Shown piece by piece: positions 24,820-36,689 of a DNA stretch of 64,000 nt (positions are counted from its first letter, which is position 1; each line of letters begins with the position of its first letter). Origin of the DNA: Lama glama (Eukaryota); assembly GCA_028534125.1 (NCBI GenBank), contig CM052817.1:63738001-63802000 (forward strand), in the 5' to 3' direction. The notes below the pieces were generated by a model. The model saw only the letters and a program-made list of their open reading frames with translations, did not search any database and was not told where the DNA came from. The position numbers and the translations under genes are program-made.

Positions 24820-27800
24820 TAAGCAAAAGAGGAAAAAAGAAACAAGGAAAAGACATAACAGCTAGGAAACAGTAAGATGGCATTAGTAAGTCCTTATCTA
24901 TAACAGTTAAGTTAAATGTAAACCGATTAAATTATCCAATCTAAAAGTATGGAGTGGCTAGATCAATAAAAAAATGAGACTGAAGCATATGCTACCTTAA
25001 AGAAAAAATTCACTTTAGCTTTAAGGACATATATAGACTCAAAGTGAAGGAATGGAAAAAGATATTCCATATAATGGAAAACAAAAGAAAACAAGAATAG
25101 CTAATTTACATCAGGTAAAATAGACTCTAAGTCAAAAATTGTAAAAAGAGACAAAGAAGTCATTATATAATGATAAAGAGGTCAATTCATCCAGAGGATA
25201 TAATGATTTTATATATATGCACCCAGTATCAGAGCACTTGAATGTATTAGGAAAAAATTAACAGATCTTAAGAAAGAAATCGACAACAAAACAAAAATAG
25301 TAGAGGGCTTCAACACCATACTTTGAAAAAACGGATAGAAAATCAATGAAGAAACAACGGATTTAAACTACATCTTAGACAAGTGAACTTAAGTATATAA
25401 AGAACATTCCATCTAACAGCAGAACACACTCTTCTCAACGCACATGGAACCGTCTACAGAAGGAATAACATGTTAGATCACAAAACAAATCTTCACAAAT
25501 GTAAGAAGACTGAAATACCAAATATCCTTTCTGACCACAATGGTATGAAACTAGAAATCAATAATGGGGTAAAACTGGAAAATTCACAAATATGTGGATT
25601 AATTAAACAACATATTCCTAAACAATCAATGGATCAAAAAAGAAATCAAAAGGGAAGTAAAAAAAAAAAAAAAAAAGCAACTTCAAACAAACAAACAAAA
25701 TGGAAACACATTAAACCAAAACTTAATGGAATGTTGTGAACGTTGTTCTAAGAGGAAGGTTTATAGGAAAAAAATGCCCACATTAAGAAAAAAAATTATA
25801 AGTAAATTATCCTTACTTCTTATGGAATTAGAAAAAGAACAACTAACTCCAAAGTAGTAGAAGGAAGGAGACAAACTTCAGAGCAGAAATGAAATAGAAA
25901 CCAAGAAACAATGGAAAAGATTAACAAAACAAAGAACTGATATTTTGAGAAGATAAAGAAAACTGACCAACCTTTAGCTGGACAAAGGGAAAAAAGCGAG
26001 AAGATTCAAATAAATGAAACCATAAGTGAAAGAGGAGATATTACAATTCACACCACAGGAATATAAAGGATCCTAAGAGACTACTATGAACAATTGTACA
26101 CCACTATATTGGATAACCTAGGAAAAAATGGGTAAATTTCTAGAAACATACAAACTATCAAGACTGAGTCATAAAGAAATAGAAAATATGAATAAACCTT
26201 AATGACTAAGCAGATTGAAATGGTAATAAAAAATTTCCCAACAACAGTTTAGGACCAGATGGTTTCACTGTTAAATTCCACAACACATTTCAAGAATTAA
26301 TGTCAATTCTTCTCAAACTCTTCCAAAAAATTGAACAGAAGGGAATACTTCCAAACTCATTTTTATAATGCCAGCATTACCCTCATAGCAAAGCTAGATA
26401 ATACGGCTACAAAAATTAAAAAGTACAGGCCAATATCCCTGATGAATATACATGCAAAAAGTCTCAACAAAATATAGCAGACGAAATTCAACAGCATCTT
26501 AAAAGGGTCATAGACAATGATCAAATGGGATTTATCCCTTAGATGCAAGAATGGTTCACCAAGAACAAATTAATAAATATGAATGCACAAGATTAATACA
26601 ATGAAAATAAAAATCATATGATCATCTCAATATATGCAAAAAAACTATTAGACAAAATTCAACATTCTTTCATTTAAAAAAAAAAATCAACAAATTGGGT
26701 ATAGAATGAATGTACCACAACATAATAGGGGCCATTTATGACAAGCCTATGGCTGATACCATAATCAACAGTAAAAAGTTGAAACTTTGCTGCTATGATC
26801 AGGAATAAGACAAGGATGAGCACTCAAAACACTTCTATTTAACATAGCACTGGAATAGAACAATTGGGTAAGAAAAAGAAACAATAGTTATTCAAATTGC
26901 AAAGGAAAAAATACATTTTTTTCTGTTTGCAGATGAAATGAACTTACATATAGAAAATACAGAAATAACAAATAAAGTCAATAAAATTGCAGAATAAAAA
27001 TGACATAAAAGTCAATTATATTTCTATACACTAACAACAAACTATCTATAAAACAAATGAAGAAACAATACCATTTATAATAGTATCAAAAATAATAAAA
27101 AATTTAGGAATAAATGCAACCAAGGAGGTAAAATATCTGTACACTGAAAATTATAAGACATTGATGAAAGAAATTATAGATACAAATAAATGGCAAGATA
27201 TCCCATGTTCATGGATTGAAAGAATCAATAACAAAATATCCATTCTACTTGTCATCTACTGATTCAATACAATACCTATCAAAATTTCAATGGCATTTTT
27301 CACAGAAATAGATAAATAAAGCTAAAATTTATATAAAATCATAAAAGACCCTGAGTAGCCAAGGTATTCCTGAGAAAAAACAACAAAGCTAGAGACATCA
27401 CATCTCTTAATTTCAAACTATATCACAAATCTGTGTTAATCAAAACTGGCATTAAAAACAGATACATAACCAATGGAACAAATTGAGAGCCCAGAAATGA
27501 ACTGTTGTATGTATGTTCAACTAATCTTTGACAAGGGTGTCACAAATACACAATGGGAAAAGGATAGTATCTTGAATAAATGATGCTTGGAAAATTGAAT
27601 ATCCACATGAAAAAGAACGAATGAAACTGGACCTTACACCACTCACAATAATTAAATCAAAATGGTCTAAAGTCTTAAACTGAACACCTGAAACTATAAA
27701 ACTCCTAGCAGGAAGATAAACCAAAGTTTCCTGACATTGGTCTTGGCAATGGTTTTTCTTGATATGACATCTAAACTATAAGCAAAAATAAGCAAATGGG

Positions 27801-28938
27801 ACTACATCAAACTAAAAAGCTTCTGCACAGCAAAAGAAACAATCAATGAAATGAAAAAGCAACCAAAGAAATGGGAGAAAACATTTGCAAACCATATATC
27901 CGAGAGGGGACTAATATTAAAATATAAAAGTAATTCATACAACTCAATAGCAAAAATAATAAAAATAATCCAATGAAAAATGGACAGAGGACTTGAATAA
28001 TATACAAACAGCCAAAAGGTACATGAAAAGATGCTCAAAATCATTAATCATCAGGGGAAAGCAAATCAAAACCACAAAAAAAATCACCTCACAACTGTCA
28101 GAATAGCTATTATCAGAAAGACAAGAATAATAAATGTTGGCAAGAATGGGAAGAAAAGGAAACCTTTGTGTACTACTGGTGGGACTGTCAACTGGTACAG
28201 CCATTATGGAAGTTCCTCAAAAATTACATATAGAACTGTCATATTGTTCAGTAACCCATCCCTTGGTTTATATCTGAAGAAAGTGAATCACTATATTTTA
28301 GAGACTTCTGCACCCGCATTTCATTGCAGCATTATTCACAATAGCCAAGACATGGAAACAACTTGTGTCCATCAAAGGATAAATAGATGAAGAAAATGTT
28401 ATACACATGGCACGTGCATGCATGCGCACACACACACACACACACACACAGGAATGTTTTAAAAAGAAGGAAATCCTGCCATTTGCAATAATATGAATAA
28501 ACCTTGAGGGCTTTATGCTAAGTGAAATTAGTCATCAGAAAAAGATAAATACTGTATGATCTCACTTTATCTGGGATCTTAAAAAGCTGAACGTTTAGAA
28601 ATAGAAAATAAATTAGTGATTGCCAAAGGCTGGGGAGTAGGAGAAATTGGGAGAGGTTAGGTAAAAGGTACAAAGTTTCAGTTAGAAGATGATTAAGTAC
28701 TAGGGATGTAATGTAAGCATGGTAACTATAGTTAACAATACTGTATCATACAATTTGAAGTTGCTAAGAGAGTAAATCTTAAATGCTATCACCACAAAAA
28801 AAAGGTAATTATGTGAGATGATGGAGGTGTTACCTTATTGTGCTAATCACTTTGCAATACACATGCTCACAAAATCATCATGTTGTACACCTTAAACTTA
28901 CACTATATGCTAATTATATCTCAATAAAGTAGAAAAAC
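24820..28938 (+). mobile_element. ~4.1 kb decayed LINE-1 (L1MA9-like): ORF2 endonuclease, RT, C-terminus and 3' UTR
   Basis: Endonuclease remnant SDHNGMKLEIN (ORF 25470). RT motif reads LFADEM at ~26923-26940 (consensus FADD). C-terminal GGTVNWYSHYG (ORF 28031). The 3' UTR ends tatatctcaataaag. Many stops and frameshifts. Confidence 0.93.
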
Positions 28939-29331
28939 TATACTAAAAATAAACTTGTACTACTGAATTTTAATTAAGTTCAGTAGAATTTGCTTTTTTA
29001 AAGAAGTATACTTAAATTTTTCTGTAATATTTAAATGAAGAATATTTTAAACCTGAATTCATTGAAGTTTCTTCTATCTCATTTTAATATTGTCACATAA
29101 TAATTAACTTTAAATTCCAGAAAATAATGTGTAACCTTATCTAATCTTTAAAAACACATGTTTCTAGTCAGAAGACTTCCTCAACAAGAGGATGTGAATC
29201 AATCAATAAAACCTACTGCTATTTTGAAAGAACATTTCCCTATTTTTCTACTGAGAACTAAGTCAGTAATAAATCTTTACTTCTAGATAAAAATTAGTAA
29301 TTTAATCCTAGGAAGAAAATCCATTTTGCTA

Positions 29332-29446
29332 ATTTATACTATAAACATTTATTGATATAATACTATGTGCCAGCTTCTGTGGTTGAAACCCTACTAAATT
29401 AAATAAATTCTTACCCTCATGGAGTTCAGAACCTACCAGTGGGAGC
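29332..29446 (-). mobile_element. L2 3' end
   Basis: aaacatttattgatataatactatgtgccagc...ccctcatggagttcag. Confidence 0.6.
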
Positions 29447-30614
29447 TGACTGGCACTATAAGTGAACTTCATAAACCTTCTAAAATTGTATGCAGTTTTT
29501 GTTAAAAGTATATATGCATTTGCCCTCTAAGTAAAGAGCTTCTAGGTTTTACTAGCTATTCAAAAGTGTCCATTAGAGTGAACTAGTAAATGTCAAAAAC
29601 TAGAAGGAACATAAGAGACAAACAGATTAGCCTGAAACTGAAATATAATGTAATGGGTAAAGATATGTTCTAATGACAACTTAGACCCCCCCCAAAAAAA
29701 GGAGAAAACTAACTCTGTCTACAAAACTCAGAGAATTCATGAAAGAATAAAAATGGCAAGCAGACCCCACAAATGCAGCTGCGTAACATAAGAAAGCTAT
29801 AGTTATTGTAAATATTATTGTAAAGACCACCGACATCTGACAGTTTGGGATCCAGAGGGGACATGAGATACTAAAAAATCTCTAGCAGACGTCATACATG
29901 TTTAAGTACTTTTCAAAAATATCACATGTTGCAATCTTAAAACAGTTTTATAAATTTCTAGAATCACATAAGTAGAAAATCGAAAAAGTAAAATAATTAA
30001 GGCAAACACATTCTTAAGAGTCACCAACTTAAACTTATTAAACATGATAAAGAAAAAGAGAAGCGTCAAATTAAAAAATTAGAACAAGCTATAACAAACA
30101 AACCTTGTAATTAATTCCTCAGCCTGTCAGCTTAAAAGAACTTTTCCTTTAAAGAAGGAAAATCATGAAAGAAAATTACTTGTTCAAAGGAAGTTTTCAA
30201 TTATTAAAAGAAACAAATGGTGCTGGGAAGACAAAACATTACAGGGTCAGTTCTCAACAAAACAGTTACCTTGGGGTGCAGTATTTAGAAGATACATTAG
30301 TTTGAAATTTCAGGCAATACTTTAATTAAACTTCATTATTAAATCCATAAGTAGTTTTCCCCAAACATGTAGAAATAATTTTCTACAATAAATGACTAGG
30401 AAGAAGTATAAATATGTTTATAAAATCTTAATGAAAGAAAAAGGAAAGGCATCTTTAAATACTAGAAATACTAGTGGGTACATCGTTTATGACAAACGTA
30501 TCACAAAATGAAAAAGGATAACATTAGATTAACTGGCATTTATCATCTATGGACACCATTAAAATCACTTTTAAAAAGGAGTGGGGAAGTACTCAGCTAA
30601 AGATTCAATATGAT

Positions 30615-30978
30615 TTAATATGACCAGACTATGAACAGTTCTAATACCCAACTTATCAAGACTAACAGCTTACTGCTAATACTTACTTAAAGATCCTTCC
30701 TCACTGCACCCAACCATCCAAACAAATCCACGTAAACATGTCACAAACTTTGCCAAATTCTTACTAGTTCCCAGTTTGTAAGACTTGCCTTACATCAGGC
30801 AGCCAATCACACAGCCAATCCTAAAATATTACTCAATCTTTTCTTGACTTCCACCTTCTGAAATACTACTAACACTGTCTAGCAGTCTCCCTTTCTAAAG
30901 TTAAGTCTTATAAAATTAGCTTTGCTTAATCTCAGTAGGCATTAACAGTTATCTTTTTGGGAGTCAACAGCCAACAAG
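30615..30978 (+). mobile_element. Old ERV1-type solo LTR (MER90/MER110-like)
   Basis: CCAAT-like repeats (cagccaatc x2), and the end ataaaattagctttgcttaatc...tctttttgggagtcaacagccaaca. Confidence 0.45.
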
Positions 30979-31745
30979 TAACATCTCCATTATATATTTG
31001 ATTTTCTTTTTCTTCCTTTTTCTGATATTATGAATCTACTTTTGAGAGAATGTGGAAAAAATTATTTGGAATATGACATTTTAAATAAGCAGAAAAACAT
31101 ACATTCAATAAAAATAAACTTGTCATTAACTAACCCAAAAAAAGGACATTGACTGTGGTTTGCACTGAGTATTAACTCTTAAATCAATTGCTATAGCCAG
31201 TGGGAAAACTTTTTCCCACCAAATGGGGAATTAAGGCATATAGTGAACACAATTTCTAAAACCCTGCAGGTTTATTTGAACCTCCTTCTTACAATCAGAA
31301 GACCCATAGCATAATGAGACATTTATTTATCATGAATCTAAACTAAACCAACTACATTGATTAAAAAAAAAGATCACTACTTGATTTTATTGGATCCACA
31401 GGGCTTTCTTCTTCTAAGCTCTCTTATAAATTCATGAGTTCAATAAATACTTGGAAATTTCAATGTGTGTATGTAAACAAGTAAATATTAAAGTTGCAGG
31501 GATGTAAAAAATTATATATATTAATTCTGTAGAGAATATTTATAAAGTATTAATTTTTAAATTCTTAAATAATTCTTTAAGAAATGTCAGAATATATCTT
31601 CAAAAAGTCTTTCTTAGCCAAAACATTTTGATTAGTTAGTAATAAAAAACCATAAGAAAAGGACTTTAATAAGGACATTTTCAGCACTTTCTGGACATTT
31701 TTCTATTCTTGTGTTGTTATTAAAAGAGAAATATCATTGACAAAC

Positions 31746-31861
31746 CTCATATGTCGCTGGACCAGGAGTAGTCTCTTTGGAATCTTTAAAACGCTTCGAT
31801 GCTTTAACAAATAAGGGTATGGAGCAAGATTTCTGTAAAACAGGATTGTACGTTGCAGGCC
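31746..31861 (-). CDS. STPG2: Internal coding exon (116 nt, phase 1 in / phase 0 out) of sperm-tail PG-rich repeat-containing protein 2
   Basis: Minus strand reads tttttcttag|GG CCT GCA ACG TAC AAT...CCA GCG ACA TAT GAG|gtttgt. The frame is open: (G)PATYNPVLQKSCSIPLFVKASKRFKDSKETTPGPATYE, with two PGP-x-x-Y (SHIPPO-type) motifs. It closely matches the human STPG2 segment as I recall it (GPAAYNPVLRKSCPIPLFVKASKRFEESKEITPGPATYE). Four CpGs are retained in 116 bp against a CpG-poor background. Confidence 0.95.
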
Positions 31862-32038
31862 CTAAGAAAAACCAAATGTAAAAATAATAAAGCATGATTT
31901 AAATGATTGATTTTGGTCACATGGATATTATTCTTAGATTTATGATCTTAACATTTAGATTTAGCATCAAACAATCTTGGACCATTCCTTTTGAACACTT
32001 ATTCATTCATGGATTTGAAATATGATAAGCATGAAATA

Positions 32039-34800
32039 CAGGAATACTTCATTTTACTGCACTTCGCTTTATTGCACTTTGCAGATACTGTGTTTTTTAC
32101 AAATTGAAGGTTTGTGGCAACCCTGTTTCTAGCAAGCCTATCACCACCATTTTCCCAACAGTATTTGTTTACTTCATGTCTTGGTGCCACATTTTGGTAA
32201 TTCTTACAGTATTTCAAACTTTTTCATTTTATATCTGTTATGGTAATATACAATCAGTGACTTTTGATGTTACTGCTTTAATTGAGCACGCCACCAACCA
32301 TGCCTATATAAGATGGCAAACCTAAGTGATACATGTGTGTGTTCTGAATGCTCCCCCATCTCTCTCCCTCTCCTTGAATCTGCCTATTCCCTGAGGACAA
32401 TGATACTGAGATAAGGCCAACTAGTAATGTTACAATGGTCTGTAAGTGTTAAAGTGAAAGGAAGATTCACATGTCTCTCACTTTAAATCAAAAACTAAAA
32501 ATGATTAAACTTAGTGAGGAAGGCATGTCAAAAGCCAAAGCAGGCCGAAAGCTAGACCTCTTGTGCTAAATAGTTGGGGAAAGTTTTTGAAAGAAATTTA
32601 AAGTCCTCCTCCAGTGAACACACAAATGATAAGAAAGTGAAACGGTCATTGCTCACATGGAGAAAGTTTTAGTGGTTGGGTAGAAGATCAAACCAGCCAC
32701 AACACTCCCTTAAACCAAAGCCTAATCGAGAGCAAGACGCCAATTCTCTTCTACTCTATGAAGGCTAAGAGAGGTGAAGAAGTTGCAGACTTAAGTTTTG
32801 AAGCCAGCAGAGGTTGGTTTGAGTAAAGAAGCCCTCTCCATAACATAAAAGTGCAAGGTGGAGCAGCAAAACTGATAATAGAAGCTGTATCAAGTTATCC
32901 AGAAGATCTAGCTACGACAATTCATGAAGGTGGCTACACTAAGCAACAGATTTTCAATATAGACAAAACAGCCCTCTATTGGAAGAAGACACCTTCCAGG
33001 ACTTTCATAGCTAGAGAGGAGAAATCAATGCCTGGCCTCAAAGCTTCAAAGGACAGGCTGACTCTCCTGAGAGGGGCTAATGCAGCTGGTGACTTTAAGT
33101 TGAAGACTGCTCATTTACCAGACCGAAAATCCTAGGTTCCCTAAGAATTATGCTGCATCTGTTCTGCCTGTGCTCCATAAATGTTATAACAAAGCCTGCA
33201 TGATGGCACAAGTGTTCACAACATGATTTTTTGAATATTTTAATCCCACTGTTGAGACTTACTGCTCAGAAAAAAAAATTCCTTTTAAAATATTCCTGCT
33301 CAGTGACAATGTATCTGGTCACCCAAGAGCTCTGATGAAGATGTACAAGATTAATGATGTTTTAATGCCTGTTAACACAACATCCATTCTGCAGCCCATG
33401 GATCAAGGAGTCAGTTTGACTCTCAAGTCTTATTATTTAAGAAATTCATTTCATAAGCCCATAGACAGTGTTTCCTATGAAGGATGTGGGCAAAGTCAAT
33501 TAAAAACCTTCTGGAAATGGTTCCTTATTCTAGATGCTATTAAGAACATTTTTAATTCACAGAACTAGGTCAAAATATCAACATTAACAGGAGTTTGGAA
33601 GACACTGGTTCCAACCTTCATGGATGACTTTGAGAGATTCAAGACTCAGTGAAAGAAGAAACTGGAGATGGGGTGGAAATAGTAAGAGGACTAAATTAGA
33701 AATAGAGCCTGAAGATGTGATTCAGTTTTTGCAACCTCATGATAAACCCTTACTGGATGAGAAGTTGCTTTTTATGAGTAAGTACAGAAAGTGGTTTCTT
33801 GAGATGGAATCTACTCCTGGGGAAAATACAATGAAGACTGCCGACATTTCGACAACAAAGGATTTAGAATAATACATAAACTTAATTGATACAGTTGCAG
33901 CAGGGTTTGAGAGGATTGAGTCTAATTTTGAAACAAGCTTTTACTGTGAGTAAAATGCTATCAAACAGCATGCATGCTATAGAAAAATCGTTCATGAAAG
34001 GAAGAGTCAATTGGTGCAGCAAATTTCATTGTTGTCTTATTTTAAGAAATTGCCACAGCCACCCAGCCTTCAGCAACCACCACCCTGATCAGCCAGCAGG
34101 CAACATCAAGGCAAGACACTATACCAATAAAATGACTGTAACTTAAATATTCATTATAATGATATTGACATATTCTGTTGGGAAGAACAGGGCAAATGAG
34201 CCTGCCTCCTCTTCCACACTGAAGCCCAATACAAGTTTTACTTCTCCTTTTGTTAAATTAAATGGGGATCTGTTGGTTTCAGCTAGCATAGAGAGAAATC
34301 AAATTATGGGCATGGGTCAAGATGGGGAAACTGGTCACAGGTGTTCTTCTGCAGTAATTCCCACTGAAATATATATGATCCATACATCAGTAGGACTGAG
34401 AAGATAAGAACTGCCAGTGTTACTTCACAGGAGATGGTCCGTGCTCTTCCCTGTACAGCTCTAATTAGTGTGTATTTGGATCTGAAACTCATACAGATCA
34501 GAAGATGAAAGCAGCAGCTTAGGCTTGATATAGATATTATAAATAGGACATCTAGGTTTCTATGAATTAGTGGATAAGGTACAAGAAGTGGAATTTATAT
34601 TGTGAGAGCCAAAGTGGAGGCTAGAATTGATGCAACAATAAATATATAAATTGATTAAAAAAAACTGACTTGCTGAAGGCTCAAATGATGTTTACAATTT
34701 TTAGAAATAAAGTATTTTTTAAAAGTAAGGTATCTGCGTTTTTAGACATAATACTATTGCACATTTAATAGACTACAGAGTAGTGTAAATGTAACTTTTT
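32039..34800 (+). mobile_element. Tigger1 DNA transposon (pogo/Tc1-mariner), near full length, decayed transposase, right TIR missing, interrupted at 34145-34664
   Basis: TA|caggaatacttcattttactgcacttcgctttattgcactttgcagatac left end. Transposase fragments [40 protein letters not shown] (ORF 32851) and [13 protein letters not shown] (ORF 33335). The element resumes at gctgaaggctcaaatgat (34672). Confidence 0.95.
34145..34664 (+). other. Unidentified polyadenylated insert within Tigger1 (probable retroposed fragment)
   Basis: Non-Tigger sequence with AATAAA at 34637-34642 and A8 at 34657-34664, flanked by a partly duplicated Tigger1 motif. Confidence 0.6.
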
Positions 34801-36050
34801 CAGTGAAGACATGGTAACTGAACTGCATTTGGAGACATGAATAAGATTTAAAGAAGCAGAAAGATAGTTTAACAGCATTCTGGGCACTAAACATGATAGA
34901 AGTCAAGGCACAAAGGTGGAATTTACAGGCAACAATTGAATGTAGTAAGCAGACTGGTTGGATGGAATAGAGCCTAATCCTAAATAAAGATTTTGTACTA
35001 GAGCCCACAGGTTTAAAACTGTATTCTAAAATGTCCCCAAAATTCCACAGATGTGCCCAGGGGCAATGTGTAGGTAAAGCCCAAAATAAACAGGCTTTAA
35101 ATATTTTCAGTCAAAAAAACTTACTATTTTGTTTGGGTCCCATGTAAGATTTTATTTAACCAAAGTTGTTGAGTAATTTTTTTAAAGGGTAGAAAGCCAT
35201 TTCCTTAATCTAGCTCTTCACGGTTTTAGACTAAAGGAGACCCATGAAGAAAGACATAGTTTAAGACATAAACTCTGGCAGTAGTTTATAGAATAGGATA
35301 ACTTGAAGATGGTCTGTTTCAGGGTCACTAACAAGGAGTTTACTAACATTGATAAGGGAAAGGAAGAACAATTCAGGGTATTTTCTAAGAGATGCAACAA
35401 AAAGTATGTATAGTGATTAGAAGAAGATAAAAATGGATAGTGGCTATGCAAAAGGTAACACTCTGTGACAGAAATAAGGAAACACGGAAGGAACAAGGAG
35501 AGGAACATCTTGTGCTTGATTTTGAACCAGTTATGTCTGAAAAATGCAGGATATTGAAACAGAAATGTCTAGAGAACAATTGCAGATATGTAATTGAAGC
35601 TCGTGAGAAAGCTGGTGTGGAGAAAAAGAATGATGTTATTCACACAGAGGCAATAACTGAGGGTTTTCTAAGTGAAAGAATGTGGAGTCCAAGAAGCAAA
35701 TAGTCTGGTGAGTAGAATATAGCTATTACAACAGCCTAGAGAGAAAACAAGGAGAGGTTATTTTTCTGCTTTTCCAGGTTAACCAGGCTTATTGCGTTTC
35801 TATTCCATGACACGCCCTGTATATGAAGAATATTAGAGGTCTACTATATCAAATATTTCAAGAGGACACTTATAGAGAGGTCACTGTAGAGTATGTGGAA
35901 TGTAACTTTAGAAGAGTGGTGATGAGGGGTGAAACTAGACGTCATTGAAGAAACACTGTGTGGGAAGAGGGAATAAAAAATTGGAGCATAGAATATTGAC
36001 AATGAACATAAACAGTGAAATAGAGGAGATATAAAGATACTAATAGAATA
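34801..36050 (-). mobile_element. L2 LINE fragments
   Basis: Purine-rich L2-like tracts, e.g. gagaacaattgcagatatgtaattgaagctcgtgagaaagc. Confidence 0.55.
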
Positions 36051-36303
36051 CAAAATTAATGTCTCTATCTCATAGTAAACATGCAATTCAAAACCACTTA
36101 CTTTGGAGAGTAGATTCCTGTTAATATTTTAAACTCTTAAATATTTTAGAATTGATAGGTTCACACTGAATGCTTTATCTTCATTAACATAGGACATTTC
36201 AAAATTTAAAATAAAACATAGCATTTGGCTCTAGATCAACCATTCTATTATCAATTCAATTAATATGAAAGATATCCAAAGTTATCAAATGCTTGTGGGA
36301 AGC

Positions 36304-36689
36304 TGCTATAGACTGAATGTGTCCCTTGACAATTTATATGTTAAGACCTTAATCCCCAATGTGACGGTATTTGGAAATGGGGCCTTTGAGAGGTAATTAG
36401 GTCACAAGGGTGGAGCCCTCATGACAGGACTAGAGTCCTTTTAAGAAGAGACATAAGGAGCTTATTCTCATTCTCTCTCTTTCTCGTCCCATCATCCCCG
36501 TGTGAAGATACAGCAAAATGTCTATCTACAAACCAGGAAGAGGACCCTCACTAAAACAGAATTGGCCAGCACCTTGGGCACCTTGATCTTGAACTTCTCA
36601 GACTCCAGAATTGTGAGAAATACATTTCTATTGTTTAAGTCATCCAGTCTATTGTATTTTTGTTATAGCAGCCTGGATTGACTAAAACA
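36304..36689 (+). mobile_element. Complete MaLR solo LTR (MLT1A/MLT1A0)
   Basis: TGctatagactgaatgtgtccc...tgttatagcagcctggattgactaaaaCA with a perfect 5-bp TSD GAAGC (36299-36303 / 36690-36694). Confidence 0.92.

Noticed and set aside
25470..28390. Reverse transcriptase / endonuclease ORF pieces
   Set aside because: This is a dead L1MA-type copy with many disablements; the RT motif reads FADE instead of FADD.
28409..28450. Alternating purine-pyrimidine tract with Z-DNA potential
   Set aside because: It is an ordinary (CA)n expansion at a common L1 3' position.
32851..33872. Transposase-like ORFs suggesting a domesticated TIGD-type gene
   Set aside because: They are fragmented by stops and frameshifts within an ordinary decayed Tigger1 copy.
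34159..34407. 82-aa ORF inside the Tigger1 insert
   Set aside because: I recognise no protein similarity, and the length is within chance expectation.
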